Source: an uncultured Desulfobacter sp.
GTDB taxonomy: Bacteria; Desulfobacterota; Desulfobacteria; Desulfobacterales; Desulfobacteraceae
DNA length: 64,000 nt
Direction of reading: 5' to 3'
Assembly: GCA_963665095.1 (NCBI GenBank)
Contig: OY762069.1
Location: 6,176,001 to 6,240,000, forward strand
In this document: piece after piece, positions 37,574-48,381 of the stretch
Layout: the number at the start of each line of letters is the position of its first letter
Position numbering within the stretch: the first letter of the stretch is position 1
Notes under the pieces: generated by a model
What the model saw: the letters and a program-made list of their open reading frames with translations, nothing else
Told to the model about the DNA's origin: nothing
Databases searched by the model: none
Program-made: the position numbers and the translations under genes

Positions 37574-38233
37574 TTATCCCTGAGCCCCTGAACCAGGGAT
37601 GGTTACATGCTGTTTCATCACCCAGCCATAGGTATTGTCCGGCAGATGAACATAATACCAGTCAGGGGCACTGCCCTGGACAATCAGTATATTGCCCATA
37701 TATGTCTGGGTCAGAATTGAATGGCTCAGGCCCGGGCCGGATCTTACATTAAGGATTTTTGCGGTGACCACCACCTGGGTGCCGGAAGCGGCTGTTTCCA
37801 CAGGTGCTGCGATTGTTGTTGCCGGGGGTGTCTGCACAATGGTGGTCGTCTGGGTAGGCGTTTCAACCACCTGGTAACCCGACGGCACTCTTTTGTAAAA
37901 AATGTTGTCAAACATGTAATAGGTCATGCCGGCGATCAGCATGGTGGTGGCTGCGGACGGCAGGCTGTATGTAACGATTCCCACAGGAGGGGGTACCATA
38001 AAGTAGCCGCCCCTGCCATGACGGTAGCAGTGGCCCCTGTGGAAAAAGTACTCCCTGTCCTTGTGCCGGACCAGGTGGCCCCCCGGGGGAACATGTTGGA
38101 ATGCCGGATTATTCCCTGGCCCGGGGCCGGGTTGTGGTGGCGGGCCGGCCAGGGCTGCCGCCGGCAGCACCACAGTCAAAGAAAAACAGATAAGAATAAC
38201 CAGGATTATGGCGTTTAAGCATTGGGTTTTCAT
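37574..38233 (-). CDS. Exported protein with C-terminal SH3b domain
   Basis: Signal peptide; Y/G-rich repeats; LNVRSGPG...WYYV...GWV SH3b motif. Confidence 0.75.
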   Translation of the reverse strand: MKTQCLNAIILVILICFSLTVVLPAAALAGPPPQPGPGPGNNPAFQHVPPGGHLVRHKDREYFFHRGHCYRHGRGGYFMVPPPVGIVTYSLPSAATTMLIAGMTYYMFDNIFYKRVPSGYQVVETPTQTTTIVQTPPATTIAAPVETAASGTQVVVTAKILNVRSGPGLSHSILTQTYMGNILIVQGSAPDWYYVHLPDNTYGWVMKQHVTIPGSGAQG

Positions 38234-38496
38234 TTTATCCTCCTCAATGGGTTAAGCCTTGCTTCTAATCTTTATATTGTACTCCTCATGGCGGGTATAA
38301 GGCAAGGAGCATACCATAAATGCCCTTGCAAAATGCCCAACATAATTTTATGGTAATGTATTATCTTACGGGCCGTGCAGTTGAAACTGGGCCCTAAGAT
38401 CCACCCTTACGAAGAGGTCTTGTGAAGAAGACGAGCCTCGACTCTGGCAGAACACAGGAAAATTAGGCAAAATTACAATAAAAGGCCGACGCGACA

Positions 38497-40632
38497 TTGT
38501 TTGACCGATTTTTTTACATACTGGCATGGCTGGAAAGAAGGCCTATTTTTATCGTGGTTCAGCGCAGCCTTTTTATTGTTTTGCCGCTTATTCTGGTGGG
38601 GGCTTTTGCCCTGTCTCTCCGGCATTTCCCCTCCACGGTTTTCACAGCCTTTCTTGACCACGTGTTTGGGGCGGAATGGACTGGCTTTCTGGACGGGTTG
38701 GTTTCCGGGACTTTCGGAATTGTCTCCCTGGCAGTCGTGTGCACCTTCAGCGGCTCCATGGCCCGGATCATGAACCAGACAAAATCCGGCGCATCTGTCT
38801 CTCCTATTATGGCAATCGTGGTGGTCCTTTCCTGCTTTTTTGTGATCTGTGCGCCATGGGACAACAACTCCTGGGATGTTGTGTTTTCCAATGGCAGAGG
38901 GCTTCTGCCCTCCCTTTTAATTGCTGTTACCGGGTGTCTGCTTTTCCTGTATCTGGCCCGGCTGAGATTTTTACAATGGTCCATGGGCGCGGTGGGGCAT
39001 GATCCTGCTGTCCGGGATATTCTAACCGTATTTCCGGCTGCAGCGGCCACCATTATCATTGCCGCCCTGTTTCGTCAGACCATTGAGTGCTTAGGGGTTA
39101 CGGATTTTCATGCCTATGTGTGTGATGTCGCGTTTAAGCCCTTTTCCAACACGGGAAATAACCTTGGGTTCAGCCTGAGCTATACGGCGATATCTCAAAT
39201 TTTCTGGATATTGGGCGCCCATGGTCCCAATCTGTTATTCGGTGTTGAAGAAAATATTCTGGTGCCGGCCGTCTATGCCAATCAGGCTGCCATTGCCCAG
39301 GGCCTGCAGCCTTCGCTTGTGTTCACCAAACCTTTTTTTGATCTGTATACCCGGATCGGAGGGTCCGGTTCCACCATCTGCCTGATTATGGCGCTGCTGA
39401 TTCGAAGTCGCAACCAGGGGGTCCGGAAGCTGTGCCTGTTTGCCATGATACCGGCACTGTGCAATGTTAATGAACCCCTGCTATACGGCATACCCCTGGT
39501 GTTGAACCCAATATATGTTATCCCCTTTATTGTGACGCCCCTGCTGCAAACCGTCACTGCATACATTGCAACCATCACCGGGCTTGTACCCTACACCTCT
39601 GATACGGTTTTCTGGACAACCCCGGTCCTCATCAGCGGCTTTGTTTCAACCGGCAGCATCAGTGGCCCTGTGCTGCAGATTGTCAATGTGCTTATGGGCA
39701 TTGCATGTTACATTCCCTTTGTTCAGCTGGCAGACAAGTTAAGAGAGCGCAGTGGAGAATTCATGCTTGAAAATCTGAAAGCAGCTGCCGTGAACATGGG
39801 ATTTAAATCAAAAGGCATATCAATCCTTGATATTCCGGGAGAGACCGGCCGCTTTGCCAAAGCCCTGGCAGGCGATCTTTCGGCCGCCATGAAAAAAGGC
39901 CGGCAGCTCTACCTGGTGTACCAGCCCCAGGTATCTGAAGGCGGCCGCCATCTTTCCGGTGTTGAAGCACTTTTGCGATGGAAACATCCCGTATACGGCA
40001 ATGTATCCCCGGAAATAATTGTCACCATTGCTGAAGAGATCGGTGCCGTGGACAGACTTGGGCTTCTGGTAATGGACAGGGCATGCCGGCAGCGGGCTGC
40101 CTGGAAAAACATCGTCCGGGAGGCCTTTACCATGTCTGTCAATGTCCTTCCCCGTCAGTTAACGGACTTAAGTTTCAGTCCGAGGGTTTTTGACATTCTG
40201 CAGGCCAACGGCCTGACCCCGGATATGATAGAAATTGAAATCACGGAATCCAGCGTACTGGAGCCTGACGAAAATACGCTTAAATCCATGGAGATTCTCC
40301 ATAAAGAGGGCATCCGGATCGCCATTGATGATTTTGGCATGGGGCACTCTTCCCTGCATTATCTACGATCATTTCCCATCTCCACCATAAAAATTGACCG
40401 CTCCCTGACTCTGGGCGACAAACGGCATGTCAACAGGCAGATTGTAAAAAGTGTGCTTGAACTGAGCCGGACACTTAACATCGAAACCATTGTTGAAGGG
40501 GTTGAAACCATAGAACAGCTGAACCGGTTCAGGGATATCGGATATATGACCTTCCAGGGAAACCTTTTCAGCCGGCCTTTGACAGGAGAATGCTGTACGG
40601 CTTTTATCCTTGAGTTTAGCAGGAATAATTGA
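38497..40632 (+). CDS. PTS IIC (cellobiose/chitobiose family) - EAL phosphodiesterase fusion
   Basis: N-part: WILGAHG, GGSGST, NVNEPLLYGIP, WTTP. C-part: YQPQ, EALLRW, EITES, DDFGMG, KIDRS, EGVET, FQG. Confidence 0.88.
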   Translation: MFDRFFYILAWLERRPIFIVVQRSLFIVLPLILVGAFALSLRHFPSTVFTAFLDHVFGAEWTGFLDGLVSGTFGIVSLAVVCTFSGSMARIMNQTKSGASVSPIMAIVVVLSCFFVICAPWDNNSWDVVFSNGRGLLPSLLIAVTGCLLFLYLARLRFLQWSMGAVGHDPAVRDILTVFPAAAATIIIAALFRQTIECLGVTDFHAYVCDVAFKPFSNTGNNLGFSLSYTAISQIFWILGAHGPNLLFGVEENILVPAVYANQAAIAQGLQPSLVFTKPFFDLYTRIGGSGSTICLIMALLIRSRNQGVRKLCLFAMIPALCNVNEPLLYGIPLVLNPIYVIPFIVTPLLQTVTAYIATITGLVPYTSDTVFWTTPVLISGFVSTGSISGPVLQIVNVLMGIACYIPFVQLADKLRERSGEFMLENLKAAAVNMGFKSKGISILDIPGETGRFAKALAGDLSAAMKKGRQLYLVYQPQVSEGGRHLSGVEALLRWKHPVYGNVSPEIIVTIAEEIGAVDRLGLLVMDRACRQRAAWKNIVREAFTMSVNVLPRQLTDLSFSPRVFDILQANGLTPDMIEIEITESSVLEPDENTLKSMEILHKEGIRIAIDDFGMGHSSLHYLRSFPISTIKIDRSLTLGDKRHVNRQIVKSVLELSRTLNIETIVEGVETIEQLNRFRDIGYMTFQGNLFSRPLTGECCTAFILEFSRNN

Positions 40633-40729
40633 AATCCGGCCATTGTTTCAAGTAGGCCTTTCCATAACATGAATCCTTCCCCCGTTCAAAAAATTCTCAG
40701 AAAAGGGGTTTGTAGGGACTCCTGCCGGG

Positions 40730-41629
40730 CTAAGACCGCTGGAGAGGGGCGGGGTGTTTGAATTCCCGGTATTTCTGGATCCCGATTCCGGCAAGAATAA
40801 GAAAGAGGCCGCCCCATGTCCGGGCGGCAATATCTTCTCCAAGCACGAAATGGATAAATATCATTGATATAAAAGGCGTTAAGAAAACCAGATTGGCCAC
40901 CTGACCTGTGTTTCCTGACAGTTTCAGGGCTGTGATCCAGGCAATGAAGGCAAACCCGAATTCAAAACATCCAATCCAGGCCGCCCATAAAAGCCCTCTG
41001 GCATCTGCCACAGAAACCGAGGAGAAAATTAGGCAGAAGAGAAGGGCAAGGGGAATACTGAAAAGAAAATTTAAAAAGATTGCCACCACCGGATCCTGAC
41101 GGGATCTGATGTTAAAAATCCAGTAAAGTGCCCAGATCAGGGTACAGCCAACGGCAAGAAATACCCCAAAGTAATTTACAGGCTCCCCTGCGCCTCTATT
41201 CACCTGCATGGATATAAAGACCACACCGGCATAGCTGATAAGGGTGGCCATCATTTGTACCTTTCCCAGCCGCTGTTTGAGCAGGGGAACGGATAAAAGG
41301 GACAGGGTGATGATCCAGGTGTAGTTGATGGGCTGGACAATCTGTGCCGGCAGCAGGTCGTAAGCCTTGATCACCATCCAGTAATACAAAAGCGGGTTCA
41401 TGCAGCCCAGCCCTAAGTAGAATCCATATTCTTTGGGCGTCAGCTTGAAGGCATTGACGAACTTCCCGTTTATCTGTAAAAATCCGGCAAAAATTACCGT
41501 GGATGTGATGATGGCGTAGAAAAGTACCTGGAATACATCCAGATAACGCAATGCAAGCTTAAAGGCTGTTGCTGACGTAGACCAGCACAGGACAGTGACC
41601 AGACCCAGAATATACTCTTTTTTCATCAT
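40730..41629 (-). CDS. EamA/DMT-family transporter
   Basis: About 10 TM helices; QPINYTW, PLLKQ, LGE motifs. Confidence 0.88.
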   Translation of the reverse strand: MMKKEYILGLVTVLCWSTSATAFKLALRYLDVFQVLFYAIITSTVIFAGFLQINGKFVNAFKLTPKEYGFYLGLGCMNPLLYYWMVIKAYDLLPAQIVQPINYTWIITLSLLSVPLLKQRLGKVQMMATLISYAGVVFISMQVNRGAGEPVNYFGVFLAVGCTLIWALYWIFNIRSRQDPVVAIFLNFLFSIPLALLFCLIFSSVSVADARGLLWAAWIGCFEFGFAFIAWITALKLSGNTGQVANLVFLTPFISMIFIHFVLGEDIAARTWGGLFLILAGIGIQKYREFKHPAPLQRS

Positions 41630-41712
41630 CCGGCTTTTTTATCTGAAAACGCCGGAAAAGTCATCCGGATTTACCATCGGGATATAATTTGCAGAATGCG
41701 TCCCCCGGGCTT

Positions 41713-42747
41713 TCATGCGCCCAGAATCTGCCTGTATACCCGTTTAAAATTTCCGCCTAGGATGGCAATAACCTGATCATCTGTATACCCCCGGCAAATC
41801 AGTGCTTCAGTAAATTCGGCCAGTTTACCGTGGTGTGCAATAATGTCATAGGCGGGCAGGGGACTGTCAAGCTGCAGATAGTTACCGATGCTGTGGCAGA
41901 TATCAAAACCTAAACCCACATGATCAATACCCCCGAGTTCGGCTATATGGTCAACATGGTTGACCATGTCGCTGACCCCTGCATTGTCTTTGGCCGGGGC
42001 CGTTAGCTGGCTGACGGAGTTCATGCCGATCACGCCGCCGTTTTTAATAATGGCGGTAATCTGTTCATCGGAGAGGTTGCGCATGGTACCTGTCAGGCTG
42101 CGGCAGTTGGAATGGGAGGCAATTACCGGCTTTGAGGCAATATCCATGAGATCCCAGAACCCTTCGTCATTGAGATGGCTGACATCAATAAACATGCCCA
42201 GTTGCTCTGCCTTTTCCACCAGGGCAACCCCAAAGGGTGTCAGCCCGCCCTTGCGGCCCTCTTTTGTGTTTGCGAAGAAAGCGCCATCTGCCGCATAATT
42301 TCTCCGGCTCCATACAAGCCCCAGTCCCCTGACCCCAAGTTCATAGAAAATGCGCAAAAGGCCCGGATCATTCTGCAGGGGATCAGCCCCTTCCAGAGAG
42401 AGGAAAAGGGCAACTTCTCCATCTGCCTTTGCTGCCTGTGCCTCGGCCACGGTGCGGCAAAGGCGGAACTGTCCGGGTGACTCCGCAATCTCATCGTGAA
42501 GAAAACTGATCTGGTCAAGGGCTTTTCTTAAGCCCATTTCCGGCAGAAAATAATCGTGAACAAAAATAGCCGACACAACCAGGTCAAAACCGCCTTCCCT
42601 GAACGGTGTCATGTAGTTTGTCTCAATGACTTTTTTTTCTCCCCGTTCCCTGCGGTATGACAGGTCATAGGTGAGATCGAAATGGGCGTCAATGGTAAAT
42701 GCTTTCTGGTGGAGATCCGCAATATGCGCTTTATGATTCATTATCAA
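41713..42747 (-). CDS. Membrane-type dipeptidase (M19 family)
   Basis: DAHFD, SLEG, DVSHL, ASHSN, RNLSDEQ, HVGLGFD, GGNF. Confidence 0.9.
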   Translation of the reverse strand: MIMNHKAHIADLHQKAFTIDAHFDLTYDLSYRRERGEKKVIETNYMTPFREGGFDLVVSAIFVHDYFLPEMGLRKALDQISFLHDEIAESPGQFRLCRTVAEAQAAKADGEVALFLSLEGADPLQNDPGLLRIFYELGVRGLGLVWSRRNYAADGAFFANTKEGRKGGLTPFGVALVEKAEQLGMFIDVSHLNDEGFWDLMDIASKPVIASHSNCRSLTGTMRNLSDEQITAIIKNGGVIGMNSVSQLTAPAKDNAGVSDMVNHVDHIAELGGIDHVGLGFDICHSIGNYLQLDSPLPAYDIIAHHGKLAEFTEALICRGYTDDQVIAILGGNFKRVYRQILGA

Positions 42748-42835
42748 TTTCCCGGTATGCCGGCAGCACAGCCTGGCCGTTTAAAACGGCAACAGGTACG
42801 CGCTGGCTGCACAGCTGTATTTTTTTGTTATGGGT

Positions 42836-43912
42836 TCATTTAAACTTGAGGGATCTGATGCCAAGGCCTGGTGCTTCCGGCAGAACCACCCTGGGCCCCT
42901 GGTATGATATGCCCCCCTGGCCCGGATGACGGCTGAAGAACAGCGGGGCATCGAGGTCAAAAGAGGTGATAATACTTCTGGCAGCTGCCAGATGGGCCGC
43001 AGCCGTTACACTGACATTGCATTCCATCATGGAACCGATCATGCAAGGGATGCCGGCAGTCTCTGCAATGGCTGCAATCTTCAGGGCATTATAAATTCCA
43101 CCGCACTTCATCAGCTTGATGTTGATGCCGTCCACCGCCTTCATCTGAATCAGTTCCAGGGCGTCGGCCGCAGAAAATATGCTCTCGTCTGCATATACCG
43201 GCTGGGGGATGTTCTGCCGTACAAAAGCCATGCCGGCAAAGTTTTCAGCCGCGACGGGCTGCTCCATGAGGTCAATGGGAATATTTTTTTGTTCCAGTGT
43301 TTTACCGACAAACACAGCCTCCTTCGGGTTCCAGCCCTGGTTGGCATCAATCCTCAGGGTCACCTTCCCCTTTGCCGCCTTATGCACTTCAGTCAGTCTT
43401 TCAATATCCAGGGCAACATCTCCCCCTACTTTAATTTTGAGGACTTTGAACCCCTCGTCTATTTTCTTTTGGGCCTGGTCCACCATCCTGGGTGTCTCAT
43501 CCAGGCTGATGGTCATGTCGGTTTCCACTGCATGGGCCTCACCGCCGAGCAGACGGAACAGGGGCACGCCCACGGATTTGGCAAGAATGTCAAATATGGC
43601 CATGTCCACGGCTGCTTTGGCCGAATTGTTTCCCACCATACAGCGGTTCAACTGCTGGAAAAGCAGCTCGTGGTTTTTTATGTCCATGCCAATGATACAG
43701 TCCCGGATATGCGCGATGGCCCCGGTAATGGATGCAATGGTCTCTCCGGTGATCACAGCGGTGGGTGCCGCACTGCCAAAACCGATCAGGGAGGCATCCG
43801 TGAACATGGTGACAAGAATATTTTCCACAGCATCCACGGTGCGAAGTGCTGTTTTAAACACGGTGTTTAAAGGCGTGGTTAACACGTGAGTTTTGATGTC
43901 GGTAATTTTCAC
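42836..43912 (-). CDS. Dipeptide (L-Ala-D/L-Glu) epimerase, enolase superfamily
   Basis: KIKVG, DANQGW, EQP, ADES, NIKLMKCGG, DLD. Confidence 0.9.
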   Translation of the reverse strand: MKITDIKTHVLTTPLNTVFKTALRTVDAVENILVTMFTDASLIGFGSAAPTAVITGETIASITGAIAHIRDCIIGMDIKNHELLFQQLNRCMVGNNSAKAAVDMAIFDILAKSVGVPLFRLLGGEAHAVETDMTISLDETPRMVDQAQKKIDEGFKVLKIKVGGDVALDIERLTEVHKAAKGKVTLRIDANQGWNPKEAVFVGKTLEQKNIPIDLMEQPVAAENFAGMAFVRQNIPQPVYADESIFSAADALELIQMKAVDGINIKLMKCGGIYNALKIAAIAETAGIPCMIGSMMECNVSVTAAAHLAAARSIITSFDLDAPLFFSRHPGQGGISYQGPRVVLPEAPGLGIRSLKFK

Positions 43913-44706
43913 GATGTCTCCTTTGCAAGTGGATAACGGTTGACACTGATGAATTTTTTAACATGTTCCGGGCTGAAATTGTCATCTGCCTTTGAAAAAC
44001 TGTTGGTCCGGATCCAGCCGCTGGCGTGAATGAATCGCTGGTTTCCCAGACAGATGCCCACATGGGTCACTTTGTCAGGGGTTTTTCCAAAGAAAAGCAG
44101 ATCCCCGGGTTCTGCATCCTGAAAGTTGTGCGACAGCAAATGGTTTTCCTGCTGCTGCCGGGAATCCCTTGGCAGCTGGATATCGAGAAGACCAAAAACT
44201 GTCTGTACAAAACCGGAGCAGTCAAATCCCTTGGGCGTTCTCCCCCCCCACAGGTACTGGTAGCCTATAAACTCTTTGGCAAGGGCCAGGATGTTCTCAG
44301 GTGTGGCAGAAGGAAAGGGGGTGAAATGTTTTTTTTCAGCCCAGCCGGTCCGGTTCCCGGGCAGACTGATCCGGTACCAGCCATTCTCTTTGGCCGCGGC
44401 CATCAGCCGACTGCCGATGACAGCCTCGCCAATCCCTGCCGCCTGCCTGGATGGTTCTTTAAAAATGCGGATAAAATGGTCTCGGACCACCACCGGCTCC
44501 CCCTCGGGCGGGTCACAGGCCAGCACCTGGTCGGAGTCAGCCCAGCTGGTATACCCGTCCGCCTGGCGGATTTTAGTGAACACCGGCCGGGGATCCAGAA
44601 TCTGCACCCGCTCTCCCAGAATTCCCTGGGTCACCACCTCGCTGGCGTAGGATGGCTCTTTGTAATGGCTGCTGACACTGACAATGATGGATGCATTGGG
44701 TGTCAT
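43909..44706 (-). CDS. SH3-NlpC/P60 (C40) peptidase, YkfC-like
   Basis: YLWGG, DCSGF, PRDSRQQ, GDLLFF, HVG, FIHAS; no signal peptide. Confidence 0.88.
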   Translation of the reverse strand: MTPNASIIVSVSSHYKEPSYASEVVTQGILGERVQILDPRPVFTKIRQADGYTSWADSDQVLACDPPEGEPVVVRDHFIRIFKEPSRQAAGIGEAVIGSRLMAAAKENGWYRISLPGNRTGWAEKKHFTPFPSATPENILALAKEFIGYQYLWGGRTPKGFDCSGFVQTVFGLLDIQLPRDSRQQQENHLLSHNFQDAEPGDLLFFGKTPDKVTHVGICLGNQRFIHASGWIRTNSFSKADDNFSPEHVKKFISVNRYPLAKETS

Positions 44707-45479
44707 TGGAAATCCTGAAACTGGTCTATGGCTGCCCGGTTATATCCCTTCCCGGCAACGAGAAGCTGCCGGGTGTACTTCTCGCGTAGCTCCCCGTTTT
44801 TAAGCTGTTTCCGGGTAATGGTCTCCACTGTTTTTCCCCGGTTCATCACCAGAATAGCATGGCACATATGGGAGACCACGGCAAGGTCATGGCTGACAAG
44901 AATATAGGTGAGCTGCCTTTCCCGACGGATGTCCTGGAGCAGGTTGAGGACCTCTGCCTGGATGGAGACATCCAGGGCTGAGGTGGGTTCGTCCAGCAAA
45001 AGGATTTGGGGTTCAAGAATAAGCGCCCTGGCCACGGCAACCCGCTGGCGCTGGCCACCGGAGAGCTGGTGGGGATAACGGAACCTGAATTTGGGTCCAA
45101 GTCCCACCTCATCCAGGACACGTTCCACCCGGCGGTTGGCATCTTTGAGTTGATGTATGGCCACCGGTTCCTTTAATGTTCTGTCAACAGTATGCCGGGG
45201 ATGAAGGGACCCATAGGGATCCTGAAACACCATCTGAACCTTGCGGAAAAAGGGCAGATCCCTTCGTCTGCCAAGTTTTATCCCGTCAACTTCAATGATA
45301 CCTTTCCAGTTGGTCAAAAGTCCTGCAATGCAGTTGAGAACCGTTGATTTTCCTGAGCCTGATTCTCCCACAAGGCCAAAGCTCTCCCCCCTGTCCACAG
45401 AAAAGCTCACATCCTTGACCGCATGGTTGCGGGCGGCTCCATGGCCGAAAAACAGATTGAGATGGTCAATGGTAATCAT
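44703..45479 (-). CDS. Peptide ABC transporter ATPase (DppF-like)
   Basis: GESGSGKST, LSGGQRQR, DEPTSALD. Confidence 0.92.
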   Translation of the reverse strand: MITIDHLNLFFGHGAARNHAVKDVSFSVDRGESFGLVGESGSGKSTVLNCIAGLLTNWKGIIEVDGIKLGRRRDLPFFRKVQMVFQDPYGSLHPRHTVDRTLKEPVAIHQLKDANRRVERVLDEVGLGPKFRFRYPHQLSGGQRQRVAVARALILEPQILLLDEPTSALDVSIQAEVLNLLQDIRRERQLTYILVSHDLAVVSHMCHAILVMNRGKTVETITRKQLKNGELREKYTRQLLVAGKGYNRAAIDQFQDFQ

Positions 45480-46351
45480 GCATCATCTCCTGTAGTCTGC
45501 GAAAAATCAGGTCTGAGCCATGCCTCGTCCCGGACAAGGGTGGGCAGATGTGTCTGGTTACCATCAATTTTGGGCAGACAGTTGAGAAGGCCTCTGGTGT
45601 AAGGATGAGTGGATTTATGAAGGTCACAGGCATCCAGCACCTCCATGATGCGTCCGCCGTACATGATGATCACCCGGTCGCAGAAGGATGCCACAAGTTC
45701 CAGGTCATGGGAGATAAAAATAAGGCCCATGCCCCGCTGACTCACGAGATCATCCAGTATGGAAAGCACCTGGAGCTGTACCGTGACATCCAGGGCTGAT
45801 GTGGGTTCATCTGCAATGAGAAGACTTGGTTCAGGAATCAGCATCATGGCGATCATGATGCGCTGGCCCATGCCGCCGGAGACCTCATGGGGATAAAGGC
45901 CGTATACCTGCTCGGGATTCCTGATCCGCACGGCTTCCAGCATCTCCAACGTCTTCTGCCGGGCCTGTTTTTTACCGGCTTTGTGGTGGATGGCGTAAGC
46001 TTCCCGGATTTGCTGGCCCACGGTTCTAACCGGATTCAGGGAGTATTTGGGATCCTGCATCACCATGGAGATTTCGCGTCCCCTGATCTGCCGCATCTGT
46101 TTTTCAGAAAAACTAAGAAGATTTCTGCCTTTGAATGTGATCTCATCGGCCTGGATACGGGCATAGGATGGCAGAAGGCGCAGGATAGATCTTCCGGTTA
46201 CGGATTTTCCCGATCCTGACTCCCCCACAATGCCGATTTTTTCTTTACCCATGGAAAAGCCCACCTGCTTTATGGCGCGGACATCCCCCTTGGGTGACGG
46301 GAAGGTCACGGACAGATTTTTTACCGTGAGCAGGGTGTCGTTGGTATTCAT
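45476..46351 (-). CDS. Peptide ABC transporter ATPase (DppD-like)
   Basis: GESGSGKS, VSGGMGQR, DEPTSALD, HPYT. Confidence 0.92.
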   Translation of the reverse strand: MNTNDTLLTVKNLSVTFPSPKGDVRAIKQVGFSMGKEKIGIVGESGSGKSVTGRSILRLLPSYARIQADEITFKGRNLLSFSEKQMRQIRGREISMVMQDPKYSLNPVRTVGQQIREAYAIHHKAGKKQARQKTLEMLEAVRIRNPEQVYGLYPHEVSGGMGQRIMIAMMLIPEPSLLIADEPTSALDVTVQLQVLSILDDLVSQRGMGLIFISHDLELVASFCDRVIIMYGGRIMEVLDACDLHKSTHPYTRGLLNCLPKIDGNQTHLPTLVRDEAWLRPDFSQTTGDDA

Positions 46352-47271
46352 CAGCTGTCACTCTTGGGGTCAAGGACTTCACGCAGCCCGTCTCCGAGCA
46401 GGTTAAAGGCCAGACTGACCACGAAAATGGCCGTGCCCGGCATGGTGATCAGCCACCAGTGGTCCAGGATATAGGCCCTGCCGCTGGAGGTCATGGCCCC
46501 CCACTCCGGGGAGGGCGGCTGGGCACCAAGGCCTAAAAAGCCTAAGCCTGCGGCTGTCAGGATAATCCCCGCCATGTCCAGTGTAACCCGGACAATAAGG
46601 GAGGAGAGACACAGCGGCATGATGTGCCCGGTGATGATCCGCAGGGCGCCTGCCCCCTGGAGCCGGATGGCCTTGATAAAATCGGAATTTCTGATGGTAA
46701 TGGTTTCGGCCCTGGCAATTCTTGCATAGGGGGGCCAGGAGGTAATGGATATGGCAATGATGGCATTCTCAATACCGGGCCCCAGGGCCGAGACAAAGGC
46801 CAGGGCCAGGATCAGCTTGGGAAAGGCCAGAAAAATGTCTGTGATCCGCATGAGCAGGGTGTCAATGGCTCCGCCGAAAAAACCTGCCACCGTGCCCACC
46901 AGAATGCCCACGGGTGCTGCGATAATGGCCACAAGTCCCACCACGTATAGGGTCAGCCGTGACCCCCAGATGATGCGGCTGAAGATATCCCGGCCGATCT
47001 CATCCGTGCCGAAATAATGCGTCATGGAAAGCGGCTGAAGGCGGTTGGCGATGTCGGTCTCAACCGGATCATAGGGGGCAAGCACCGGTGCGAACACGGC
47101 AACAGCAACAAGTGCCACAATCACCAGCAGCCCCAGAACCGCCAGCCGGTTCTTCATGAAGGTCAGAAGGCCCAGGTAGGCCCTGCCTGCAGAGGCCTGG
47201 AACGCGGAATCCGGCGTATCCGCCAGAAGCCATTGTTTCATGCCGCTGTTTATTTCGTTATTATTTTTCAT
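46351..47271 (-). CDS. Peptide ABC permease (DppC-like)
   Basis: FGTDEIGRDIFSR, LGLGAQPPSPEWG, GDGLREVLDP; ATG 47271 chosen as start. Confidence 0.9.
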   Translation of the reverse strand: MKNNNEINSGMKQWLLADTPDSAFQASAGRAYLGLLTFMKNRLAVLGLLVIVALVAVAVFAPVLAPYDPVETDIANRLQPLSMTHYFGTDEIGRDIFSRIIWGSRLTLYVVGLVAIIAAPVGILVGTVAGFFGGAIDTLLMRITDIFLAFPKLILALAFVSALGPGIENAIIAISITSWPPYARIARAETITIRNSDFIKAIRLQGAGALRIITGHIMPLCLSSLIVRVTLDMAGIILTAAGLGFLGLGAQPPSPEWGAMTSSGRAYILDHWWLITMPGTAIFVVSLAFNLLGDGLREVLDPKSDS

Positions 47272-47296
47272 ATCTTTGACATCATATGAGATGGAA

Positions 47297-48334
47297 TTAA
47301 CGGGCCCTTGGGTCCAGCACCTTATACAGGAAGTCTGAAAAAAGATTGACGCACAAAAAGATGGCGCCCACCACAATGGTGCTTCCCAGTACAGCGTTCA
47401 TGTCGGCGTTGAGCAGGGAGTTGGTCAGATACTGCCCCAAACCGGGCCATGCAAATACGGTTTCTGTCAGTACAGAGCCTTCAAGCAGATTGCCGAAGCT
47501 TAACGCAATCACGGTGATCAGCGGAATGGCGCAGTTGCCTAACGCATGTCCCCAGATCACCTTCCACTCCTTCACCCCTTTGACCCGGGCCGTGAGAATA
47601 TACTCCTGCCGGAGCTGTTCAATCATGAATGAGCGGGTCATTCGTGACAGATAGGCCATGGAGTAATACCCGAGCAGGGATGCCGGCAGGATCAGATGAT
47701 AGAGGGCGTTTTTAAAAATATCCCACTCCCCGGCAATGATGCTGTCTATGACCAGACTGCCCGTCACCGGCTGGACAATACCCTCGTAGAAGACATCCAC
47801 CCGGCCCGGGCCGGGGAGCAGGTCAAAGCGAGCATAAAAGAGCATTAATGCCATTAACCCCAGCCAGAAAATGGGTAAAGAGTAGCCGAAAAGTCCTATG
47901 ACCCGGGTGATATGGTCTAAAATGCTTCCCCGTTTGACCGCTGAAAAAATGCCTATAGGGATACCCACCAGAATACCGATTATTGTGGCGGTGATGGAGA
48001 GTTCAAAGGTGGCGGGAAAGACCCTTAAAATATCTTCCACCACAGAGTTGGCCGTGAGTACGGAGGTGCCGAAGTCTCCCCTGAGCACGTTGCCGATATA
48101 GATGAGGAACTGCTTCCACAAAGGCAGGTTCAGTCCCAGGGCAATGCGGGCTTTCTCGTATACTTCCGGAGATGCTTTGTCTCCCACCACGGCGAGTACC
48201 GGGTCAATGGGAACCACCCGGCCGATGAGAAAGGTGACCAGAAGCAGCCCTATAAAGGTAGTCAGCACCATCAGTACCACTTTGACTGCCTGCCGGGTCC
48301 TTTTGACTGCCTTTTTTGCTATGGGTGTTGTCAT
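47297..48334 (-). CDS. Peptide ABC permease (DppB-like)
   Basis: GDFGTS, PATFEL, TARVKG, ETVFAWPGLG, LDPR. Confidence 0.92.
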   Translation of the reverse strand: MTTPIAKKAVKRTRQAVKVVLMVLTTFIGLLLVTFLIGRVVPIDPVLAVVGDKASPEVYEKARIALGLNLPLWKQFLIYIGNVLRGDFGTSVLTANSVVEDILRVFPATFELSITATIIGILVGIPIGIFSAVKRGSILDHITRVIGLFGYSLPIFWLGLMALMLFYARFDLLPGPGRVDVFYEGIVQPVTGSLVIDSIIAGEWDIFKNALYHLILPASLLGYYSMAYLSRMTRSFMIEQLRQEYILTARVKGVKEWKVIWGHALGNCAIPLITVIALSFGNLLEGSVLTETVFAWPGLGQYLTNSLLNADMNAVLGSTIVVGAIFLCVNLFSDFLYKVLDPRAR

Positions 48335-48381
48335 GAATACAATTCGCCGGGGTTATCTGTAGGCTTCAGGTGCGTTAGATG

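Noticed and set aside
42926..43870. 314-aa antisense ORF (likewise 28410-29219 and 20008-20823)
   Set aside because: Shadow frames opposite well-supported genes, with no motifs.
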